Source: Lineus longissimus
Taxonomy: Eukaryota
Assembly (NCBI RefSeq): GCF_910592395.1
Contig: NC_088308.1
Span: 2,108,001 to 2,172,000 of the forward strand
Reading direction: 5' to 3'
Length of the DNA stretch: 64,000 bases
Shown: piece after piece, positions 1-9,851 of the stretch
How positions within the stretch are numbered: position 1 is the stretch's first letter
Layout: every line of letters begins with the position of its first letter
Position numbers and translations under genes: made by a program
The notes under the pieces: generated by a model
Told to the model about the DNA's origin: nothing
The model's database searches: none
Seen by the model: the letters and a program-made list of their open reading frames with translations, nothing else

Positions 1-658
1 CACCATCATAACCATCATCGCTAGCTGGCTCAGGCTGAGGCAAAAATCGCTGCATGTACGATTCACAATCTTTACAATAGACAAAAGGTGGCTCCACCCG
101 TCGTTTCCGACACAACATACATCGCGAGGAACATTGCTCATCATCGCTGTCACAGGAGTCGCTAGTGTCCTCGTCATAATCCGAGTCATAACCCGCTGCC
201 TGTTTTTCCACCGGGCTATCCGGATTTTCTTTCTCGGACGCTTTTTTCTCGGCAGTTTTGACGACGTCTTCAGCGATGGTGTCCGCAAATGTTACACTCT
301 TACGATGCTTCCTGTCCTTTTTCTTTGTGAGGGCTGATTTTCCTTTTCTTGCCATTTGTGCGCGGCGAGCCGCAGCTTGAAGATGTGCCATTGCTGCTTG
401 CTTGGCAGTTATGCCTTTACCCAATTCAACATGCTCAAATCTGAGAGCGATTTCTTTGACGGAGCGCATGCACCCGTTGAAATCAGAGTCTGTGGACGAT
501 TGTTTACTGTTATCACTAGATAATGAATGGATGCCTTCGTCGGGAGAGATAATGGCCGGATTGAGGTCGAGAAGGTCGGGAGAACTGGTAAAGGTTTTTG
601 ACGGATTACTTGAATCGGACGGTTTTCTGAGCTGTTTTATATTGGGAATCGTAGAAAC
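1..658 (-). CDS. USP54: USP53/54-like, coding exon 15 (partial, open at window edge)
   Basis: TTTCAG| acceptor at 659. The phase-0 frame is open for 219 codons: VSTIPNIK...SVKEIALRFE...KSALTKKKDRKHRKSVTFAD...CMLCRKRRVEPPFVYCKDC... Confidence 0.82.
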
Positions 659-1503
659 CTGAAAGTAGACAAAGAAAGAACATTAAGAACATGTTGGCTC
701 TATTAACAAATGAGGAAACATTTTGGCTCGGTCTTATTATTTTTTGTTGCAAGTTATGTCAAAATGATCTGCTAAGAATGCCGGTTTATGTGCACCGTTT
801 AATTAACGAAATGACTCAAAAACTTTCACTGTCATATGTCATGATATAATGTGGAAGTACATTCACAAAAAAGCACTAGGCAGCCTCTGACATACATATT
901 TTCATAATCAATAAGGTAACATTTTCAACTTTTTGTGTGATGATATGATAGTCAAGAAAAGCTCATAACTAGTTTAGGATGGATACAAGCAGTGGGTGAG
1001 CACACTAGAAAACACTAACATGCAAAGAGAAAGTCTTTGATGTGAACAAACACAAGTAAAGAGTAGAAAATACACCAAAAGTGACCTATCTAGACGTTAG
1101 AGGTAGGCCTAAGTACGAAAGGTTGGCCAGAATAGATAGACTTGAACGACTGTCTCAGTAAAATGTTAAGAGAGTTGTTGTGAGAGGCAAGAGAGGTAAG
1201 AAGAAAAAAGCCCACTGAACGGACAATATGAGATGTGTCACTAAGCTGAGAGGATTTGACAACCAGGCCCTGTTGACTGTTCAGAACTCATGTTATTCCT
1301 TATTTTAACCTTTTCTGAATAATCTTATTCTTGTGTTACTTTTAAACATGAAGCTCTTCTTTTAAAAACATCACAAATAGCATAAGGGGACAAAGCACTG
1401 TTACAGAAAACAACATTATAATGCATGGCTAGTGTTAGTGGTGTTAGTACGATACAGTCCCCATAGGCAGCGCCCCCATTCAGACAAAAGAAGAAGTACT
1501 TAC

Positions 1504-1541
1504 ACCTTGTTCACATCTTAACGCGGTCATGATCGTTCCTC
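1504..1541 (-). CDS. USP54: USP53/54-like, 38-nt micro-exon 14
   Basis: TTTTCACATACAG| acceptor and |GTAAGT donor. Encodes GGTIMTALRCEQG and converts phase 1 to phase 0, as required for the long frame of the next exon. Confidence 0.7.
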
Positions 1542-3065
1542 CTGTATGTGAAAAGCAAGACAAGAGCTTAGTGCCGTGCACAGGGACTGTTGGGTCTGAA
1601 CAAGATCTCTTAGAATAAATTTAAAAGAACACCTTCTTATCATTTTTGTCTATAACAGGTAAAGAACGGATCATTCAAGTGCCTCTCATGCTTTTAGATG
1701 AATCAGACAAGATATATCTGTCACCAGATTTGGTATGAAATGATGATGATGATGAATTGTCTTTTTTCATTAGTTTTAAAGGTTGAATAACGTGCTTCAT
1801 TAGGGGAATTAAAGTTAGAGAACTGTGAAGCAAGGAATTGTTGACTTCTGTGGTTAGCGAACGATATTATAGGTAATAATCATTTAAAATCGTTGTCCTA
1901 TTACCGGAGTAATTCCTATTCTTGTTCATCTGAAGCAAAGACACAATTGAGTCAACTTTTCATCAAGTTATGTTTAAACAACCTTATTTCTGACGAAAGT
2001 AGGCCTATAATTTCAAAGCAAATGCACAAGAAACACCCAGGTGAAAAATGAGTGCTAAATGTCAGAAGATTTTCACCCAAACAGCAAAAAGGCAAGAAGT
2101 GTCTTTTAGTTTTTTGCAAAGCACAGACAATGTTCAAAATATGATAGAGAGAGAAGAAATTTGCACTTGTCACCCGAAAATCTGCAATTGGCACCCAGAT
2201 TTAAAAGAAGATAAAGGTTGAAATAGCAGAGGACTTACAACAATGAGAAAAGGGTCACAAGCTTTCTACTCTGCACTTGCGATTATCACTATTTCCAAAC
2301 ATGGGGCACTCAACACTTCTGATGGGAAAAAATCATCAAAATTGAGAAAAAAATACTTGAAAGTCTGCTACAGGGTTTGAAATGGCCTGATTATATCCAG
2401 GGGGACATGTTGGGTTGTGGTTTCTGCCTTTCATTATACGCAAATTTAGAAGTTTTGGCTGGATCATTGGAGTCCTCATGAGAAGGTCCGACAATCTAAA
2501 AAGCAACACCTGGATCTACACTGCACTTATATGTGTAACGATCACAAAATGTTCTTCTAGCTGCGGAAAGGTAACACTCGTAAGGCTGATATTATGATAA
2601 AAACCCTACAAAACAATTTCTACGCAATTAATGCCCAACTAAATCTAAGTGCTATTAAACTTCACAGAATTTCTATCAATTAGTTTATTAGTTGAAATGT
2701 TGCAATGATCTCCTTGGAAGAATTATGCAGGATGGGCGATATTTCAACAAAAAATGCTCTAGAATAGTTTGTCAGGAGTAAAATGTGGAAGATTACACAA
2801 AGTTTGTCCCAGTTTAAAAGTCTTCCGTAACAGAACAATATCACACCCCTGGTTGCTCTTCAAGCAGGGTTGAGAAAAACACTAGAATGCTGGCATTCGT
2901 CAAGAGCTCCCAAACAATACATACATGTATGTTGTCATTTGGTGTCATTCCAAAGACTTCACTCGGACACCTTGTCACCCATGTATCCCCTTCTGCAAAA
3001 ATTAACCCTTGGAGAGCACTGCAAAGTCAAAAGTCTGCCAGCCGGAACATGGAAACACAACGTAC

Positions 3066-3236
3066 CGTGATCATCTGGATAATTTAAATGCGACTGAGAC
3101 TTGGACTTCTTCATAATTCCATTGGATGGCAGATGCTTGGGGCCCTTGCTCTTGCCCCGGACGTCACAATTTATACACACATTCGTCTCCGGGATCCAAC
3201 TGTCGTTTTTCCGACACCTTGGGCAGTGAGTCAAAT
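3066..3236 (-). CDS. USP54: USP53/54-like, coding exon 13 (CxxC-x12-CxxC)
   Basis: DLTHCPRCRKNDSWIPETNVCINCDVRGKSKGPKHLPSNGIMKKSKSQSHLNYPDDH. TTTCAG| acceptor, G|GTACGT donor, 171 nt, phase 1-1. Confidence 0.8.
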
Positions 3237-3495
3237 CTGAAAGAAAATATTATTTCCTAGGTCAATTTTCAAGAATGTATTCGATGAGAGTAGAAAAAAC
3301 CTCTAGAATACCACAAGTTGTAATTGACCTTCTGCCTTGAAGCTTCACAATGTACAGAAACTTGTGACTAAATACATGTACCACAGTTGATAACACTGTA
3401 AATTAACCGATCATGGTGCTTGAGCCTACTTCTTCTGTCCATAATTTCTATTCATTACCGCTGTAATATGATTTCACAGTAAACTGTGTTCTTAC

Positions 3496-5039
3496 CTGGA
3501 ACAGCTTTGTGCATGTTGACATTCCACCGCGTATCCAACTGCTGCCTCTGAGATGACTGACTCGGATGCTGCACATATTGTCCTTGACCCTGTGACACAT
3601 ATTGTCCTTGACCCTGCTGCCTATGACCTTGACCATGATTCACCAAAGACTGTCCACAAGGGGCATAATGAGATTGCTGCCGACTGTCTAATGTCCGACT
3701 GGTGGCATTTGAATAACGTCCATCAGCCTGCATGACTGGTATAGGATTGTGTGCAGAAGTCCGTTGCTGAGGCTGAGACACACTATTTGGCACATTAACA
3801 TTAGGTCCTTGCCTCCCCTGGGAGGCCACACTGGTCTGTATCCCAAGGGCAGCAGGGTCATGGTAGTGATAGTAGCCCGAAGGGGCAGGAGCAGAGATTT
3901 GACGGCCAAGCTGAGCTTGGTTTGATTTAGCACCAGATTCGAACTTAGATCCTTCAGAATTCATACGCACAGGCGGCTGACCACTTGATGCATTTTGACC
4001 TTGTTCATTTTGTTTACTATTTTCATCGGGATTCAGAGATGAACGCCGTACAGGTGGTGGGGGTGGCATCTTCCGTTTATCCTGTGTCGACCGCTGTTTC
4101 TCTAATGTTTGCTGTCCCGGTTGTGGATGACGCACCCCCTGACCTTGTCTGTTTGTAACATCCTTCGTCGGTAACGTCCGATAAACCAGATTTTTTGCAT
4201 TTTTCTGAGAATCATTAGAAGCATTAGAATTATTAGAAACATTGCTATCAGTCTTCTGGTGGAATCCCACTAACATCTCTGGCGGTGGTGGGGGTAAATC
4301 ATCAATATCGTCAACCTTGCTGACCTGCATAACCTGACTACTTTTCATCGTCGTTGCTTTTTGCTTACTCAAATAATCAAGGTAGACCTCGACGTTCTTT
4401 GACTTCTGCTGCTTGGCCTGTTCAGCTTTCATTGCCTGTTCACGTTTTGAACCCTTCTTGGGTAACGTTGCGTAAATATCATAAGTCCGACCACTTTCAT
4501 CAGTGCACAACGCATTATCCACTGAATTACTCCTTGGAACATTTCCCGCCATAATCCTATTAGAATTTCCCGCCACCATCCCATGAGGTTGCGTCGCCTT
4601 GACAGGTCCTGTGTGTCGTTTCAGTTTTCTTTCCCGCACACTATAAACACCACTTTCTGATCCACTTTTTGGGATGCTCATCGAGCTGCTATGACTTGAA
4701 TCACTATCCCGCTCCGAATCCCGCTGAATATTTAACAACTGCTGCGGCATTGGATCTTTGAATGAAGTCATCTGCTGTCCACCTGGATTCAATTGTGGCT
4801 TCATAGCAGTCACACGCGGCCCAGTCTTCGACTGCACCATATTACGATTCTGTCGTTCCAACGTGTTCTGTCCAGCTTGCGAGAACTGACCAGATGTCGA
4901 TGTTGAATGCGTCATTTGATAGCTGGCTGACGATTTGGGAAGTGTGCCTGTCGACTGAGACTTGGTCATCTGCTTGAGTCCTTGCGGATAACTAGGTGTT
5001 CCCTCATGGCTGTCTGTATCAGTGCTCATTGAGCTGATG
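3496..5039 (-). CDS. USP54: USP53/54-like, coding exon 12 (1544 nt, disordered Q/S/P-rich region)
   Basis: Acceptor TTTCAG| at 5040 in frame with ORF 3455..5029. Donor G|GTAAGA, phase 2-1. Confidence 0.9.
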
Positions 5040-5201
5040 CTGAAATTAAGCGATGGATCCTTCTATTATTGGGGTTTTTAACACGCAACGAAAATTGAAC
5101 GTTTCATCAAAAAACAACTTGAAAACCAATAATCAATCTTGACATGATACGATATCGAAGGTGCCATTAATGATGGAAAATGACTGATTGACTTTTCCTA
5201 C

Positions 5202-5376
5202 CTCTGTTGGTCTCCAACACTGATGTCGCTTTGTGTCGAGTGGTTCGACTCCTGCCTCGTTACAATATTACGATGCAACCCCTTGCTTCTCATGACACAG
5301 GTGTTATGCTTGAGCTGGGCGTGCATGAACGATTGGTAATCAATGTAGGGGATGTCCATGGCCTGTTTTAATGACA
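5202..5376 (-). CDS. USP54: USP53/54-like, coding exon 11 (MIT-like domain, second half)
   Basis: LSLKQAMDIPYIDYQSFMHAQLKHNTCVMRSKGLHRNIVTRQES. TTTCAG| and |GTAGGA, phase 1-2. Confidence 0.88.
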
Positions 5377-5622
5377 CTGAAAGAAAGATTGAAAAGTGGA
5401 AGGGTTTTTCCTTGGCCTAGCACATGTACCTGGTACAAGGAATATCAGTATGACAGCTCCTTCAAAGGGTGTAGCAATTAAAGTACAGCAATTTGCCCAA
5501 GGTCACAAGTGTTTCTGTGTTGGGTGACACATGATATTCAGACTTGGAGTCAGAGAGCTAGCATCCCTCATCCTCCCAGTCAATCCACCTCTGCCACAGA
5601 TCTACAACAGGACCTAACTTAC

Positions 5623-5742
5623 ATGTCGCTTGTGAACATAGCTGCAGAGCAGTGCTCATGTCATCTTTATTTTCCTTCTCAGTCGATTTCAGCATAAGGT
5701 CTTCCGCCATCAGCAGCAAGTGATCGAAATGGCTCTTGAAAC
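5623..5742 (-). CDS. USP54: USP53/54-like, coding exon 10 (MIT-like domain, first half)
   Basis: GFKSHFDHLLLMAEDLMLKSTEKENKDDMSTALQLCSQAT, an amphipathic helix resembling the USP54 MIT-like region as I recall it. CAG| and |GTAAGT. Confidence 0.88.
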
Positions 5743-6012
5743 CTGTGAGCAAAAGATAAAGATGCAATACAGATTCGCCACGACAGAACAAGCTTCACAT
5801 GTTTCTCACTATGATGTGGTGACTTCTCCTCATTCTGCGAAGGGAACAGGCCCAAGGAATTGCAGCACTATGCCTCAATTAAAGGATGTAGCAATCACAG
5901 AACTCTCTTGTCCAGGTTCACAAGCAACGTGTCAGCATCTTAACCATAAGATCATGTCACACCTCTTAGTACCTTGGTTCCCCAAGGAGCCTCACATACT
6001 CAACAAACTTAC

Positions 6013-6144
6013 CTAGCTTCTCGTAAGACGACGGGTCAAGATTCTCCATGTTGATGCCATTATTGGTGCCAGGAACCTGATTCAGATTGGCCCGTATCAG
6101 CAACCCCTGGGTCGACATGTCATTTCGGTTACCATCTACCAAGT
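6013..6144 (-). CDS. USP54: USP53/54-like, coding exon 9
   Basis: LVDGNRNDMSTQGLLIRANLNQVPGTNNGINMENLDPSSYEKL. TTTTCAG| and |GTAAGT, 132 nt, phase 1-1. Confidence 0.85.
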
Positions 6145-6302
6145 CTGAAAATGAACAATATTCATGAATTTGGAGAAATTTTCAAACAGAGAAAGCTGAG
6201 CTTCGTAAAAATATCCTTAGTCAGCAACTCTGAAATTGTTTTAAATAATCACAGCCAGATTTGTCTTTTTGAAGGTACATGACTAAACTGATCAATGTTT
6301 AC

Positions 6303-8318
6303 CTTTTTGCTGATTGTCCAATGGGCTGTCGTCCCTTGGTGTGGATGATTTACTACTTCCTGAGCCACTCTGCGTCTTTACTTCTTGACTGGTCTGTCGG
6401 TACGGTTGTCGCGACATGGTGTAAACATTCCCTTGAGATGCCAGGAACACATTACGAGGCTGCTGCGTCGCAGAGGAAGAAACGGTAGGAGAATCTACGG
6501 ACATACTGCTGGCCGAACTGGCGCTGTTACGGTCCCCACTTGTTCCACTTTCATTGCTCCGATAACCGGAATCTTGGTGTGATCCTAACGAAGACGTATC
6601 TGGGATGTCAACTTTTAACGTCTCCCGTACATTACTCGGTACATTCTGCAAGTTCTTATTTCCCTGGTTGCTGTTGATTACTGTTAATGGCGCCTGGGCT
6701 TTCAAAGGCCCCTTGGTATTCTGCTTCTTCAACCCTGGTGCCAACTGGCCCCGCATGCCTTGCTGCATCTTCAGGATGTTCTCAACTGCTTTGCGGTTTA
6801 TGTACGCCCCTCCAACATCCTGGTCAGACTTTCCAGAATCACTCCCACCACTCTGAACACTTGTCTGCGAGTTGAGCAAATTCATCTTCTGAGTAGATCG
6901 TGGTTCTTCCTTTGCCGGGGGAAGGTCATCAACGTTGACATAAGTATGGGAATCATTGGCAGTCTTTCGCCTCGGACGTGGCAAGCTAGCAAAACCATTC
7001 TCCACAAAAGTACCAGTGTGGACCATGAACGAATCGTCATAGGTCCTGGAACCCAACGCTTTCTTTGGCGGGTCTTGTAAGACAGCTGGTGCATTTCCTG
7101 GATATTGGTGCAAGTTTCCTTCAACTGATTTTGCTCGCATGAATGTTCCATGCTGCTGAGGACCATGCAGGCCACCATCAATAGATTTTGCCCTCCCGTA
7201 GGTAGCGTCCCGTGAACTAGCATGCGAGGTCAGGTTATCATCTACGGAATGCGCCCGGACTACTTTCTTGGTAGGTGTCACAATCAGATTATCAGCCGAA
7301 CTACTCTTCACAATGCCATCTTTTGGGCCATCTTCTGGACTGGGCACCTCATCGGGATTGACATAACCTCGAATCACGTCTGCTCCTACCCTCCCTCTAC
7401 CTTTCTTGAAACTCTCCTTCCGTTGGATTTCAGCCACTTTAGTGAGAAACTTAGGATCCCAGGCACCGGTTGGGGATTTCGGAGAATCGGGTGCTTTTCC
7501 TGACCTCTTGTGACCATGCCCCGACATAGTGTAACCATATGCGTCATTGATATCTTTTTCTGATGTTTTAGAGTCCATAGACTTTGTTCTCTTGTGCCTT
7601 GAGGGGCTGCTGCCATGACTACTATTGGAGTTCTTCCGCTGTAGTGGTGCAGGTTTGTGCTTTTCCTTCACCGCAACCTGCGGCTTTGGGGGTTGTTGTT
7701 GTTGTTGCACACTGTCGACATGTCCGTAACCCGGCGTGCACCCAGCTTTACCGCCATAATTCATATTATACCCAGTGGGGATGTACTGACCACTTTGCAT
7801 CGGTGGAGCATTCTGGTCAACATTAGAATTCATTCTGCTATATCCACCATCAACTTGGTCACCTGCTCGTGTCTTAGCATATATCGTCTCCATCGGCTGC
7901 ACCTGCATACCAGTACGCTGGGTCTTCAACTTGCCATATTGATTAGTCCCAACCTGCTTTCCAGGCTGACCTACATATTGCTTCTTAGATCGATCAGCAT
8001 CAAGAGGAATTTCACCAGTTGGCTCCAAGTTCCCTGAAATGGCGATAAGGAAACTTCCCTGCCGATGATGTTCTACCATTGGTTTCTTCTGTCGCTTAGC
8101 ATCGTCATCATCACCATCGTAGCGTCCCCACTCAGGACTGGGTGTGACAGCTCGTCTTGATGGCGCTAATACTTGCTCCTTGGTTTCCCATGGTGTGGGG
8201 GTGACAGCACGCCTCTGGGCAGCATTTAGGTCACTCGACGCCTGATCTTTTCCACCTTGTGGATTCGGAGGATGAGCGAGTAGATTGTCTGGGCTAAGGC
8301 TGCGATCACGGCTGGAGG
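6303..8318 (-). CDS. USP54: USP53/54-like, coding exon 8 (2016 nt, disordered S/Q/G/K-rich region)
   Basis: Acceptor TTTCAG| at 8319, open frame continuous with ORF 6292..8079, donor G|GTAAAC, phase 1-1. Confidence 0.9.
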
Positions 8319-8433
8319 CTGAAACAAAGATTGGTATGGCAATGAAATCATGAGCACAAGATTAAATGAAAAAAGTCGCATCATCAAAGTGAATAAAACC
8401 TCTGTTCATTAGGAGAGAAATAAAGAAACCTAC

Positions 8434-8746
8434 TTCTGCTGTGTCTTGGCTGTATTTTTTCAGAAACTGGGTAAGTCGCTTTTGGGGCCGTAGTGGGATC
8501 AATCGCCTGACCATCTGGGTTGGCGTACATCAGCAGCAACGGTTGGTAGCGCCCCTTACAGCACTTGTCGATAACGTCCTGGAAGTTACGCCCCATCACC
8601 TTGACGGTGGCATCATCAAAATATATCCAGGCACTTGACTTTGTATGCCACATGAAGGTTGAGTAGTGTTTCCCATAGTAGCAGACGATGCCCATGAGCT
8701 GATAGTTAGTGTGTCTCGCGTCGCCATCTTTGACAAAGTTGAACAA
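8434..8746 (-). CDS. USP54: USP53/54-like, coding exon 7 (His/Asp box)
   Basis: GIVCYYGKHYSTF...WIYFDDATVK...CCKGRYQPLLLMY is the USP54-type His box. Donor A|GTAGGT, phase 1. Confidence 0.95.
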
Positions 8747-9044
8747 CTGAAAAGGTGTTAAAATGGCAGATAAGCAAACATACTATTGATACCTTATATT
8801 GGAATGAATGTTTCGGCTACAGCCATGCCCTTTTGTATCATGAGTGTCTTCCAACTCTGGTTCAAGCCTAGTCTGATTCCAATGCATGTTTCCCAGTCGG
8901 GTGCCAGTACAAGCAGCTGTCTCTTTCAACCATGCTAAAACTGACACTATACTTCTTGGCCGAAGGCTTCAAGAAATGCAAGGAGGAGGTCTGGAGAAAT
9001 GCAAAATAGTCAAGCAAAGACTTCTGCAAAGAAAGATCACTTAC

Positions 9045-9197
9045 ATCTGTGAGGCGGATATTCGTTCCGATCGTCTCCGCAACATCAAGGATCTGATCAA
9101 ATGATGGCCGGTCTGAATCCCAGATCAGCCCAAGACTCAGGATGTCTGGGTTGTTCATCAAGTTCCTTCGGATGAGGACCTTCCTTCCACATGCACT
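9045..9197 (-). CDS. USP54: USP53/54-like, coding exon 6
   Basis: SACGRKVLIRRNLMNNPDILSLGLIWDSDRPSFDQILDVAETIGTNIRLTD. CAG| and |GTAAGT, 153 nt, phase 0-0. Confidence 0.94.
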
Positions 9198-9331
9198 CTG
9201 CAAGAAAAACATACAGATTGTATGAAATGAACCAAACGAAGCAATGAGGACCAACATGGTGTCTAGTGTCAAGTGCCAGGCCCTGCATTGGTCTCCAGAA
9301 AATCAGACAACACAGATGGCCAAGTACTTAC

Positions 9332-9443
9332 TGGACATTCCCTGTAATCACCAGAAGTATGGGCTCGCCCAACCAACATACTGAACTTTTCGGACGGATC
9401 GCAGTAGTGTCCTTCCTCTTCCATGAGCCCGCTTGCTTGAGAA
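9332..9443 (-). CDS. USP54: USP53/54-like, coding exon 5
   Basis: SQASGLMEEEGHYCDPSEKFSMLVGRAHTSGDYRECP. CAG| and |GTAAGT, phase 2-0. Confidence 0.92.
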
Positions 9444-9657
9444 CTGAAAAGAAATAAGTGTTCATCAGAAAGTGGCAGTCTTCGTGTCAACTACCGTGTT
9501 GACCATTTCTCACTTTGCGAAGTTTTCGACAAAATTGCTGTGGGCTCTCTAGTATTTTCATTTTATGACAAGCTTTGATTTTGGTTGGAGGCCTACTACC
9601 ATTTTCCTCAACCAGTTCAAGTAAAAGTTGCATGAAAAACTTGTACGGAATACTTAC

Positions 9658-9851
9658 GCCAAAGCAGAAGCAGAGACGTACAACACCATCTGATTGAAGG
9701 GCAAGGGTTCTGATGAGGCTCCACACGGGCACACGATCTGCTCAACAACTTGCAGTGAGAACTTCTGGTGAGGGATGCAATGGGGGACCTGACACTTGTC
9801 CTCATTTTCTTCGTGGGCAATGTGGTAGTGGATGCGGTAGAGGATATTCTC
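9658..9851 (-). CDS. USP54: USP53/54-like, coding exon 4
   Basis: ENILYRIHYHIAHEENEDKCQVPHCIPHQKFSLQVVEQIVCPCGASSEPLPFNQMVLYVSASAL. CAG| and |GTAAGT, phase 0-2. Confidence 0.95.

Noticed and set aside
3455..8079. ORFs 3455..5029 and 6292..8079 as standalone genes, and their antisense ORFs
   Set aside because: Both are internal exons bounded by in-phase splice sites. The + strand ORFs are shadows.
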